Shown one piece after another: positions 35,901 through 46,600 of a stretch of DNA of 64,000 nt. Source of the stretch: Mobula hypostoma. Its lineage: Eukaryota. Position 1 is the stretch's first letter; the number at the start of each line of letters is the position of its first letter. The stretch spans positions 2,604,001 through 2,668,000 of the forward strand of contig NC_086109.1 in assembly GCF_963921235.1 (NCBI RefSeq), read 5' to 3'. Below the pieces are notes generated by a model. It did no database searches. It was not told where the DNA came from and saw only the letters and a program-made list of their open reading frames with translations. The position numbers and the translations under genes are program-made.

Positions 35901-38301
35901 TGGGGATTTCTTATGGAAATGTGCGGGGCGTGGTTGGGAAAGAGGGCACAGAACACGTGGGAACTTCCTCCAGCAGCAACTGACTGAACTGAACTGAGGG
36001 AAGGGTTAAACAGGTGCGTGGAAATGATTTGAGATTGGCTTAAACCATATTTGGGACTGTCAGAGACAGTGGGGGGGCGGATCGAGTGTTCATAAAGATC
36101 TCCTTTACTCATCTTTTATCTCTTCATCCAGACCCAGAGCCGGTGTCAGGAACACACATCACAGTTCAGAACATCACTGGGACCTGTGAGCTCACCCTGA
36201 CCTGTTCTGTGACCTCTGGTGACCACACCAGCTTCAGATGGTGGAGGGGAAGAGAAGCTGTGGTGAACGACAGAACCCATCACCTCTGGGGACACGGAGA
36301 GACACTGAAGGTTCATCACAGCGCAGAGAGAGAAGCTGTTGTGTACAGATGTGAGGCCAGGAACTCCGTCAGTGTGGACACAGCTCAGATCCAGCTGGGG
36401 GATTTCTGTAAACTGGACAAGTCTGGTGAGTGTCTGAGGCAGGAATTGGAACTATAATGTTGAAAGTAAATTTATTATGGAAATACAAATATGTCACAAT
36501 ATACAACACTGAGATTCATTGTCTTGCAGCTTTCTAAATAAATCCATCATAGAATCAGTGAGAGACAGCACCAACTGGGTGTTCGACTGGTGTGTGAAAG
36601 AGAACAAACTGCAAATACAGAATGAAAGAAGCAATAATAATAACAATAAATAAGCAATAAATATCGAGAACATGAGATGAGTCCTTGCCAGTGAGTCCAT
36701 AGGTTGTGGGAACAGTTCAGTGATGAGGCTAGTGAACTTTCGTGAAGTTATCCCCTTTGTTTCAACAGCCTTGGTGGTTGAGGGGTGGTAACTGTTCCTG
36801 AACCTGGTGGTGTAAGTCCTCAGGCTCTGTACCTTCTTCCTGATGGCAGCAGCAAGAGGTTTGCGTGACAGTGGATGTGGCGATCCCTGATAATGGTGCT
36901 GCTTTCCAGCAACAGTGCCCAGTGTAGATGTGCTCAATGGTGGGGAAGACTTTACCCAGGATGGACTGAATCATATGCACTAAGATTTTCCCATCAACGG
37001 CATTAGTATTTCCATAGCATGCTATGATGTAGCCAGGCAAACTAGTCTCCATTACACGTCATAAAAGCTCGTCAGAGTTTTTGACGTCATGCTGAATCTT
37101 CACGAACTCCTGTGAAAGTCAAGGTGCTGCCGTGCTTTCATCGTAAACGCACCTACGTGCTACACCCAGGACCAGCCTCTGAAATTATAACACAAAGGAC
37201 TTTGAAGTTGATGTTCGTTGCCTCCTCTGATCCTCCGATGTGGACTGGCAATTGAACCTTTGCTTTCCTCCTGCTGAAGGCAACAATCAGCTCCACAGTC
37301 TTGCTGACATTGAGTAGGAGAAGGTGGTGTTTCCCTGACCAGGATAGTGTGTAATGAGACACTAGCATAATCCAGTATCTGACTTGTAGCTCGGCAAGGT
37401 ATGATTGGATTTGAGAGTTTTACTTTGTATTTAATCCCTGCCCTGGATATGTGTGACGGGACAGTGAAGTCCATGGGTATGTGATGTTAGTCAGTGTTGG
37501 GAGGGTGGGGCTGGAGAAGGCCTGGTACCGTCTCTATAATCCGTGATCCTCTCTCTTTCGCCAGCAGAGAGAAGCTGTCTCTGTGGATGTCGGCTGAGGG
37601 CCACAATCATTGCCGTCCTGCTCCTGATTCTCCTCTCAGTCACAGTCGCCGTACACATCATCAGTGAGAACTGTTTTTGTGTGTTTCCAGTGAAAATCTG
37701 TTGTTCTGAAGGGCAATGTCAACAGTGAGGGGTGGATTCAGACCGGTGTTTAAAATCCCCGTTTCAGTCTGTCAATCCCACCCCCTTGTGACTCTGAATC
37801 TCATCCACCTCCACTGTCCCAGATCTCTCAATCTCTCCCACCTCAGTTCCCTCAATCGCTCTTGTCCCAGACTCTGCACTCTTCATCCTTCACTCCTCGT
37901 TTAATCTGACCGAGTATAACAGGGACCAGGGGTTTGGGATAAGGACAGAGGGATGGTGGAATATGGAGACTGGGAACATGCGGATGTGCTGTTCTAAAGA
38001 GGAAGATATAAAAATAGGGAAGGGGGAGATGTAAAGTCCAGGACAATACGAGATACAAACCACAAGGGGGGATATGGAGACTTGAGACTTTTCATTGAGA
38101 CTGGGAGAGGGAGAGAGTTTTCTTCCAGATCAGACAAGAGAGACCACATGACATTGCCCTCAGCAGTGAAGGGGTCCTAGTGTGATGAGAAAGTAATTGA
38201 AACCTCAGACCCCTCACAGGGTGAACTGACCTCTCTCCTCTGCCCCCACAGGCTCCCGTCCAGGCACCAGAGCAGAAGGCAGACTCCACAAGGCCGAATG
38301 A
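17918..38301 (+). CDS. CD2/SLAM-family Ig receptor (CD48/CD58/SLAMF-like), 5 exons, ~271 aa: L-V-C2-TM-short tail
   Basis: Exons 17918-17972, 27920-28243, 36138-36425, 37565-37663 and 38252-38301. All introns are GT-AG and phase 1, and the joined 816 nt are open to TGA. The V (no Cys) plus C2 (four Cys) architecture is typical of the CD2 family. Confidence 0.85.
18270..19505 (-). mobile_element. CR1 LINE RT fragment
   Basis: ORFs 18308-18733, 18832-19053 ([20 protein letters not shown]) and 19194-19388 ([11 protein letters not shown]). Confidence 0.9.
19765..23340 (-). mobile_element. Near full-length degenerate CR1 LINE including ORF1
   Basis: RT pieces at 19839-20404. The - strand at ~22360-22540 reads [12 protein letters not shown]...VCVGTNDIG (SGNH esterase of CR1 ORF1), and 22837-23052 reads CRKCIQLQL...ELELEL (ORF1 N-terminus). 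Confidence 0.75.
24589..25720 (+). mobile_element. Penelope-like element, 5'-truncated, with GIY-YIG endonuclease
   Basis: ORF 24844-25305 [29 protein letters not shown]. 14-bp TSD TGAAGCAAAATACT at 24575-24588 and 25721-25734. Inverted tail piece at 24589-24624. Confidence 0.92.
25629..25664 (+). ncRNA. Minimal type I hammerhead ribozyme motif (Penelope-associated)
   Basis: AGTC-CTGACGA-A-GGGCCTCGGCCC-GAAAC-ATC-GACT: stem I AGTC/GACT, intact core, strong stem II, AUC site. Stem III has a C-A mismatch. Confidence 0.75.
27150..27595 (-). pseudogene. Inverted relic of a paralogous V-exon 3' end plus intron 2
   Basis: The reverse complement encodes [17 protein letters not shown]|gtgagt versus [16 protein letters not shown]|gtgagt. 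27438-27576 matches 28212-28350, and 27150-27437 matches 31141-31240 in pieces. Confidence 0.9.
27920..28243 (+). CDS. Exon 2: Ig V-set domain without cysteines
   Basis: Acceptor TCTCCTCAG, donor G|GTGAGT, 324 nt. Contains V(W)[22 protein letters not shown] and RLEVY. Sequons NGT, NVS and NKT. Confidence 0.95.
28351..31140 (+). mobile_element. Near full-length Rex1/Babar-like LINE, frameshifted
   Basis: [14 protein letters not shown]...CFTESWL (28596-29126), RT AEGPD...DYRQVALT (29881-30264) and FKFLGVNIS (30402-30884). Ends AATAAACCTGATTCTGATTCT. Flanks rejoin in the inverted paralog relic. Confidence 0.9.
31375..31960 (-). mobile_element. CR1 3' fragment (also present in the duplicate at ~43745-44330)
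   Basis: Reverse complement of a CR1 3' end. A homologous block lies at 43745-44330. Confidence 0.7.
32172..32648. mobile_element. Solo LTR-like repeat (partial copy at 46600-46766)
   Basis: Ends ACTGACA, and the duplicate copy begins TGTCAGG, giving TGTCAG...CTGACA termini. No ORF. Confidence 0.55.
34156..34480 (-). mobile_element. Penelope-like 3' fragment (duplicate at ~47014-47340)
   Basis: GAGATTCTGCAGATGCTGGAAATCCAGAGCAAC tail. The hammerhead is half deleted (CTGAAGAAGGGTC present, GAAAC missing). Confidence 0.7.
36138..36425 (+). CDS. Exon 3: Ig C2-set domain (copy 1)
   Basis: EPVSG...[10 protein letters not shown]...FRWWRG...[11 protein letters not shown]...DFCKLDKS with four Cys, as in CD2/SLAM domain 2. 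Donor G|GTGAGT. Alternative in-frame acceptor at 36132. Confidence 0.95.
36465..37325 (-). mobile_element. Rex1/L2-type 3' fragment in intron 3 (near-identical copy at ~56195-57055)
   Basis: ORF 36762-37052 [14 protein letters not shown], with an identical translation at 56493-56783. Confidence 0.8.
37565..37663 (+). CDS. Exon 4: stalk and transmembrane segment (copy 1)
   Basis: [33 protein letters not shown]. Acceptor TTTCGCCAG|CAG, donor A|GTGAGA. Confidence 0.9.
38252..38301 (+). CDS. Exon 5: short cytoplasmic tail [16 protein letters not shown] (copy 1)
   Basis: Acceptor CTCTCTCCTCTGCCCCCACAG, phase 1. No Tyr, so no ITSM or ITIM. Confidence 0.75.
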
Positions 38302-39089
38302 CTCCCCGTCACCTCGTCCCTTCTCCCCATCCCCATCATGCTCTTCCTCTCCACTCCTCCCTCCTCATTCCTCTCCTCCCCTTCCTTCCCTTTCCCTACC
38401 TGCCTCTCCTGTCTCCTGTTCTGACCCCCCACCACCACACACAGATGGGTGGGTCGGTTGAATGGAAGGCAGAGGGGATGAGGTACGGAATACGGAGGGA
38501 GGAAGGCAGAGGGATAGTTGGGGGTGGACAGTGGAGGAAGGGATGTCAAAGGTCAGAGGGACGGAGAGGAGGCAGGAGAGTGGAGAGGAGGGAAAGGTAC
38601 GGAGTGTGGATGGGGAGAGGTGTGAGGATACTCGGAGTGATCGAAGGGGCAAGAGAAGGAGAGTATGAAATCTGGGGGGGAGGGGGAGGGAGGGAAGTAT
38701 ATACTGGGAGGGGTCACAGGGAGGGTGGGCAGAGTGAGGGAAGGCAGGAGGCAGAGAAAGGAGTGGGTTTGTCGGGGAAGCACAGGGGGATCTGAGGTGG
38801 TGAGATACACGGACCTGGAGCAGAGCAGGTGAGACACAGGGAGAGGACGACAGGGGAGCTGGTGCAGGTGGGAGACAGAGTGGGGCAGTTGGGAAGACGG
38901 GTGGATTTGGAGATTGGAGGAAAGAGAGGAAGGGAAAATAAGTGAGTGGGATTTGAGGGTGGTGAGATAAAGGGACTGTAAAATGAAACTAGTAGGGGTG
39001 AACAATGCAGGATTAGGACCGGGGGGAGCTGGGCCAAAGCATGGCACAACATCCCAGCAGCTGCCGAGCAACCTGGATCGTTCTGTGGG

Positions 39090-40350
39090 GAGACAGGAAA
39101 CTGCAGATGCTGGAATCTGAAGCAACAGACAATCTGCTGGAGGAACTCGACGGGTCAGGCAGCATCCGTGGAGGTATACAGACTGTCAACGTTTCGAGTC
39201 ACGACCCTTCACCGGACGGATAGAGGGAGAATGTTCAATATAAAGAGAGAGGGGGAGGAAAAGGTGACTTGTGGATCCAGATTATTGGATGATAGGTAGA
39301 AGGAGGAGAGAAGTGAAATAGTGAGGAAGGCTGGGAGGTGACAGGTGGATCTAAATGGGGAGAGGTTGATAGACAGATGAAGCAGAGGAGGGTGCAAATA
39401 GTGACAAAGGCTTGGAAGAGATGAAGGTCTACAGATGATAGAATCTGATTGGAAATGAAACATGGAATCAAATAGGGGAGATGGAGAGAGCAGATGGGAA
39501 GAGAGTGGGTGGGGACCCAGTGATGGGAGTGTGTAGGTGATTGGCAGATGGAGGAAGTGGAGGAAGAGAAGGAACGGGAAGGAAATGGACTGATAGGGAG
39601 GGGATGCTGGGTGTAGGAGGAACGGGGCAGATTAGGAGAAAGAAAAGGAACAGAGGGGGAACAGTTTATCTGAGATTGGAGAATTCAATCATGTAAATGC
39701 CACTGGGTTTTAGACTACCCAGGCAGAATACAAGGGTGTGTTTCTCCAGTTGTATTTGGTGTCATCCTAGCAGAGGAGGAAGCTAAAGTCAATCAGGTTG
39801 GAGAGGGAATGGAGATAAGGACAAAAATGACTCAGAACCAGGTGCTTCAGATGGCATCAGTGGACTGAGTGTTGGTACGTAGTCGGTGATTGGTCTCATC
39901 AGGGTAGAGGAGGTCAGAATTAGAGTGCCGGCTGCAGCCGACAAGGTTAGAGGAGGGGTATGTGAATGTCTGCCTCATCTGGAAGGTGATGAGGGAGGGA
40001 GGAGGTGTAGGGACGTGTTACACCTCCTTTAGTCGCAGAGCAAAGTGTCTGGGGGGAAGTATGTTGAGGCCAGAGGTTTGTTAAATCGAGGATATGAGGG
40101 TGAAGACTTCATCTACCACAATGCTGGAAAACGAAGGATATTTTCGACATTCTGGCCTGGAAGATCTCATCCCAACGTGAGACATAGAAACTGTGAGAAA
40201 GAAATGGAGTCCTTACAAAGAACATGATGGAAAAGGGTCTGGTGTAGGTAACTGGAAGTTGGTGTGTTTGTGGTAAAGCTTCTTGTGATGGATTCAGAGA
40301 AATCAAGACAGTACAGAGAAGCTTGGGATGATCTGGGGGAATTTGAGGGT
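39090..40350 (-). mobile_element. Penelope-like element, degenerate
   Basis: Penelope tail CTGCAGATGCTGGAATC at the left, decayed hammerhead at ~39183-39217, purine-rich 3' UTR, degraded coding remnant. Confidence 0.65.
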
Positions 40351-41489
40351 GGGTCGGATGCTATTTGCTTGCATTTATTGTTTGCATAATTTTTTCTGCA
40401 CATTGGATGTTTGATTTTTGGGGGTTTTTTGGCTGCCTGTAAGGAGACGAAACTCAAAGTTGTATAATGTATTCATACTTTGATAATAAATGTACTTTGA
40501 ACCGCCCTAAATCAGAGGGAGATGGGCACAGGTGTATAATAGAGAAATTCTCTACTGTGGTTCCATGAGAGCTCTGCGAGAGATCATGATTTAATAAAAT
40601 AAAACCATTGTTCTCTGAACGTCACACAACGTGCAATGGTAGTGCTCTCAGTGTTGGACAGTGTCCGAGCAACCCCATTAGCAATCTCAGCCCAGTGTGG
40701 CAGTTGTACAGTGACACTGTGTTTATTCTGTTTGGGACGCCAGTTAGGGGAGGCTGTTGATAATTGCTGAGCTCTGTATTGCACAGAAGGGAGGACGGTA
40801 GGCTGATGAGAAACGTGAAGTGAGTTTTTCCGAGCATTGAATGGACTCACCCAACTTGGGTGTGATGGCAGCCTCTCCCTCCCAAATTATCTCCACCAAC
40901 TTCCCCGTATGCACTGCTGACTGATATGGGAGTGAACAAATTCTACCAGTGTAGTAGAAATAGGAGGAAAATTCTCATTTTAAAGACGGTCCAGTGGAGA
41001 GGAGATGTGAGTTGGAAGAGGAGGATTTTAGTCCTGGGCCACAAGACAATTCTGATAGGGTTAATGAGGAAGAATTACAATCTTTTGAGTCATTTCACAG
41101 AACTAGTACAACAACAGACACAGAAAAGTCTGTCTTTCTTTTTCAAAACTATAAAAGTTATTTACACAAATAATACACAAGGTGCACACATTCAGTATTT
41201 ACAAGTTGGTAAATAAACTCGAATTATAATGTGATTACTACTGTCTATAAAGCAGTCAATTCCTTGGGTGGGCCACTGCTCAAGGCAATCCCCCAGTGTA
41301 CCCATAATGATGGCATGCTCCCTCTCCAGGGACAGCCGGGCACGAGCACATCCTTGGAAGAGAGGCAGGCCATCGGCCCTGGCCGACTTTAAGCCGCCTA
41401 GACCCGTGAATGGTCATCTTGGCCAGGCCCAGAAGCAAGCCCACCAGTTAATCCTCCTTACGACCACCCTCTCTGTACTGGGAATTATT

Positions 41490-42060
41490 CAAAGGTGAAT
41501 GAGAATCAGGTTTCATATCATTGGCAAATGTCATGAAGTTTGTTGTCCTTGCAGCAGCAGTACATTGCAATACATAATGATAGAAAATGTGAATTCCAGT
41601 ACGTGTGTATATGTTAAATTCAATAAGTAGTGCACAAATAAAAATGAAAACAGACTGAGGTTGAGTGTCCATTTGGAAATCTGATGGCGGCGGGGAAGAA
41701 GCTGTTCCTGAATCATTGAGTGTGCACTCATTGAGTGTGCACTTTCAGGCTTCTGTACCTCTTCTCTGATGGCAGCAATGAGAAGAAGGCATGACCTGGG
41801 TATTGGGGGTCTGTAATGATGGATGCTGCCTGTTTGAAGCATTGCTCCTTGAAGACGTCCTGAATACTCTGGAGGATAGTGCCCATGATGGAACTGACTG
41901 AGTTTACAACTCTCTGCAGGTTTTTTCAATTCTCTGTGGGCAACCCCTCCCGTCACACCAGACGGTGATTTAGCTAGTTCAAATGCTCTCAACAGTACAT
42001 CGGTAGAGAATTGCAAGTGTCTTTGGTGACATGCCAGATCTCCTCAAACTCCTATCAAAG
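41490..42060 (-). mobile_element. Rex1/L2-type 3' fragment
   Basis: Tail GAATGAGAATCAGGTTT. ORF 41979-42416 ends LAILYRCTVESI. Confidence 0.7.
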
Positions 42061-42199
42061 TAATGAGAGTTCAGGATAAGGCCTTCCCATTGAGGTGAGA
42101 GGTGACAGCAAGTACAAAGACACTGGATCTCTCGGGATATGGAAAGGTTTGAAAAAGAAGGAATGGAAACAAATGGTTCACCAGATTGAACTGAAAACA

Positions 42200-43620
42200 C
42201 TGGAGGCCCTTCAGGACTATCTAGAGTGTAGGGCAAGAATGTGAAATAGAAATCAGGAAGCCAGAGACAAACTTTGAGTAGGTGCCAATGTGTTAAGGCC
42301 AGGAGAGTAATCAGAGAAAGAGTAGAAACCATGTGGGACCAAAGTGGCAATTGTACAGAGATGGAACTACAGGATGTGGGTGTGATATACAATGCACACA
42401 TGTCATCTGTACTCACGAAGGAGATTTGTGTGGAACCAGATTTCAGGGAGGGTGTTGGTGAAATTGTATAACACAGTATCTAGCAACTCATTTCTTGGGG
42501 TCTCTGGTCACAGATGAGCTGCAGATTACTGGGGGACAGTAAATGTGATCCCTTTCTTCAATAAGGGCAGCAGTAGTAAACCTGTGAGTCTAACATCAAT
42601 GGTAGAGGAATTACCGGAAATAATGGGAGACAGGATTAACATCTTAGAATGGGGGAATTAATCAAAGTTCATCAGCCTGGCTCCATTAGAGAAAGCTCTG
42701 TCAGTACAATGTAATGGAATATTTTGAAGAGGAAGCAAAATGCATTGATCAGGACAATGTGGTTGACATGGTCTCCATCCAGTAAGTCCTTTGATACGGA
42801 AGAGTAGACCAAATAGAGAGTCCATGGGATCCAGAGAAAGTTGGCACTTTGGATCTAAAATTAGCTTTGTAATAGGATGGTGGGGGTTGCATTTTTTAAC
42901 TGTAGCCAGTGGTGTCCCACAGAGATTAGTGCTGAGATCTTTGTGTCTGTTGTATCTGGATCGTGAATGTAGGCAGTTTGATGAGTTGTACATAGTTGAT
43001 ACCAAAATTGACCAGTTGCTGACAGTGAGGGAAACAGTTGATTTCCCCTCACAAGATGATGTTGATCAGCTGTTAAGGTGGGCAGTGACCAATAGAATCT
43101 AATCCTGGTTGAAATGAGATGATGGCTTTGGGGAACATTACAGGGAAGGACATTCACCATGAATGGGAGGGCTGTCAGCAGTGCAGAGAAACAGAAGATT
43201 CTTGGTGTACGTCCCAGAATCACCGAATTTGACAGCACAGTCAGATAGGGTGGTGAGTGTGTTTTTGACGTGCTTGGCTTCATTGTGCAGGACACAGACA
43301 AGTTTTACACCATTATGTTGAAACGTTACAAAGCACAAATAGGACAAGATTGGCATATTGTGTGCAATCTCGAAGGATGTGATTACTCTGGGCAGGATGC
43401 AGAATAAATTCTTGGAATTTTGGATGTAGCATTTCAGTGAGAGGAGAGACGATGTGCTGTTGTGATTTCCCTCGAGTGGAGGAGACTGAGGGGAGATGAA
43501 ATAGTCATACACATAATGATAAGTAACGTGAATATGGGAGGTGGGAGGAATATAGCTCTCCACAGGAGTGGTGTCTGAAAGCAGAGGGCATACGTTTCTG
43601 TTTATGTTTAATAGTTTGAG
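42200..43620 (+). mobile_element. Degenerate CR1 fragments
   Basis: ORF 42791-43102 VASGVPQRLVL. It occupies the position where a V exon of copy 2 would be expected. Confidence 0.65.
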
Positions 43621-46600
43621 AGGGTCACAGAGTGAGACAGTCAGAGAACACTGCAGCATAGACCTGGTGGCTCGGAGGCTAGGGGAGCTGAGCACAGGTT
43701 GATGGGGTAGGAGGGGCTGACGTGGTTGGGCTGAATGGTCTGGACCATAAGAAAAAGGGGAAGAATTAGGCCATTCGGCCCATTAATTCTGACCCACCAT
43801 TCAATCCTAACTGATTTATTACTTCTCTTAACCCCATTCCTCTGCCTTCTCTTTAACCATTGATGCCCTGACTGATATAGAACCCATGACCTTCACTGTA
43901 AATACACCGAATGATGGCCTGCACAGAATTTGGTGGCAATGAATTCCACACACTCACAACACTCTGGCTACTCGAATTCCCTCTCACCTCTGTTCTAAAT
44001 GGATGTGCCTCTATTTGAAGGTTATGGCCCTGGTCCCAGAGTCTCTCACTACATGAATCATCTTCTCCACATCCACTCTAACAAGACTTTTCAACAGTCG
44101 ATAGCTTTCAGTGAGATTCCCCCTGACTCATACTGCTAAATTCCAGTGAGTACAGCCCCAGGGCCATTCAATGCTCCTCATATGTTAATCCTTTCATTTC
44201 TAAAACAAATCCTGAGAACCTCCTCTGGACACTCTCCAGTGCCAGCATATTATTTCTTGGATAAGTAGTCTAAAACTGCTCACAATACTCAGTGCAGTCT
44301 GACCAATGTCTAATGAAGCCTCAGGATTTCATCCTTATCAGTGTTCTGTATCTGTGGGTCACAGTTCAACAGATCCCAGTTATTCTGTCTGTTACCCAGG
44401 GTATTTCTTGTTAATTCCCCAGACTGAGGTCTGAGTTCAGCAAGGTGTTTATTCCTCAGCCTTCATGCTGTGCTGTGCTGAGTAAGACCCTGTGTGTTCA
44501 TTACACTGAATATAGTGTCCCAGTGAGTGACCCAGGACACGGACACAACCACACACTTGGAAATCAAAGGCTGAGGGAGATGGAGAATTATGTTGGTGAG
44601 TTGAAGCCTGTGACCCAGGGTGTGCTACAGGGATCAGTACTTTGACTCTTACAGTACTGATCTGCATACGATGTGTGAGAGGTAACTCACTACTGATCTG
44701 TGTGTGAATGTATGGGATGGGAGAGGTAAGTGTGCAGTCTTCCTGTCTTGGCTAAGATGTTTCTATCTCCTACCGGATGGAAGATTGAACTGACAGTGTC
44801 CGGGATGGGATGGGTCTTTAATGATGTTACAAACATGCTGTAGGCATCGAGAGTTGTCGGTTGTCTCCAGGTCTGGTAGTTGAGTCGCAATGATGTGCTG
44901 AGCGTTCCCAATCACCAGTGCTTTGTGATCTGCCTTGCTGCAGCGAGAGTACCACACTGTCATTCTGTATGTCAGTATGCTCTCCATTACACACTGATAA
45001 AAGATGGCCGGCAATTCTTCAGGCAGATCAGCTCTCCTTTAACACCTCCATTAGTGTAGGCACCATTGTGCCTTCCCTACTATCGAGGCTGTGTTGATGG
45101 ACCAAGAAAACTCCTCAATGATATTCATCCCCAAAAACTTGAAACTAGACACCCTTTCCACTACCTCAGCGTTTATGAACCGTGGGCTTGCTTGGGACCT
45201 CTTGCCGTCCTGAAGGACAAAACTGAAGACAGGAGGATTTAACTGCAAGGAGACAGAGTTTCTGAGTGAGCAGCAGAATATGGCAGAGAATTTCAGCTTT
45301 GTGAGGTTTGAGGGAGTGATTTGATGAAGTGTGCGGGGGAAGCAATGGCTAGAAGATCAGGAGGGTAAGGCTGTAAATCTGAAGGGACAGTGACCGACTT
45401 TAATTGCTCCGACTGGAGAGCTCCCTCCTTACCCCGTTCACTTGCCCAGGTCGGCTGGTACAGACACGTCCAGCCCAGGAGGGAGAGGGCAGAGGGAGGG
45501 AAGGGGAAGGTGGAGAAGGAGGGTTTGGGTGAGAGTGGGTGGGGGACAGGGGGTGGGGGAGAAGAGGATGGGGAGAGTGGTAGGGCAGATGGGGGAGAGG
45601 GTGAGGGTGATCAGGAGAGGGAGAATGGGAGAGGGGTATGGGAGAAGGGCAAGACAGGGAGGGTGGAGGGAAGAGGGGGGCAAGTGGTGGAGTGTGGAGG
45701 GAAGAGGGAGGGGAGGGAGAGAGGTAGGGAGGGGAGATGGAAGGAGAGGGGGAAAGTAGAGTGCTGTCTCTCGGAGGGAGTGACATTCTTCATCCTTATC
45801 AGTGTTCTGTATCTGTGGGTCACAGTTCAACAGATCCCACTGTATCCCCCGGTCAAAGGTCTGGTCTGTCATGTACATGGACTCCAGATATTCCATAGGT
45901 TTCTCAAAGCGCTGCTTGGTAATCGCCCAGACTGAGGTCTGAGTTCAGCAATGTGTTTATTCCTCAGCCTTCATGCTGTGCTGTGCTGAGTGAGACCCTG
46001 TGTGTTCATTACACTGAATATAGTGTCCCAGTGAGTGACACAGTACACGGACACAACGACACACTTGGAAATCAAAGGCTGACGGAGCTACAGGATTATG
46101 CTGGTGGGTTGAAGCCTGTGACCCAGGGTGTGCTATAGGGATCAGTACTTTGACTCTTACAGTACAGATCTGTATATGAGGTGTGAGAGGTAATTGCACA
46201 GTGGCATGAAACTTGGTGGAGTTTTAGATCCTGAGTGTACGGGAAAACATTGAACAGCTGGTAAATCAGGCAAAGCAATGGTAGGTCGAATTTAATCCTG
46301 ATAAATGTGAAGTGTTGCAGACTGGAAGTGTGCACGATGCTCCCAGGATGATCTGATCCAGAGTGGAGTTTTCAACAAACTCGGAGGAAACTGAGAATAT
46401 AACATAATAAAACAGGACCTTATTGTCATTGCTCTGGAAAACGAGATTGTGGTACAACTTCTGTCCATGCAAAATTGATATTTCCATACAATGCATGCGG
46501 TTCAGCTTAAATTTTAAAAATATAAATGGATTTATTTTAACTCCCATATTTACATGCAACAAATGACTTTGACGGTCCATAACACTCAAAGGCCATTGTG

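Noticed and set aside
39183-39217. Hammerhead-like motifs here and at ~58980-59015, 8199-8234, 14848-14884, ~34245 and ~47095
   Set aside because: Core or cleavage-site mutations or deletions, so not called functional ribozymes.
40964-41173. Acidic 69-codon open stretch (EEEDFSPG...NEEELQ)
   Set aside because: No start codon, no pyrimidine tract and no recognisable family. Possibly a TE remnant.
45390-45935. Long Pro-rich or Gly/Glu/Arg-rich ORFs here and at 15792-16386, 25305-25922, 38298-39125 and 58030-58920
   Set aside because: Stop-poor purine/pyrimidine low-complexity tracts, with no domains and no splice support.
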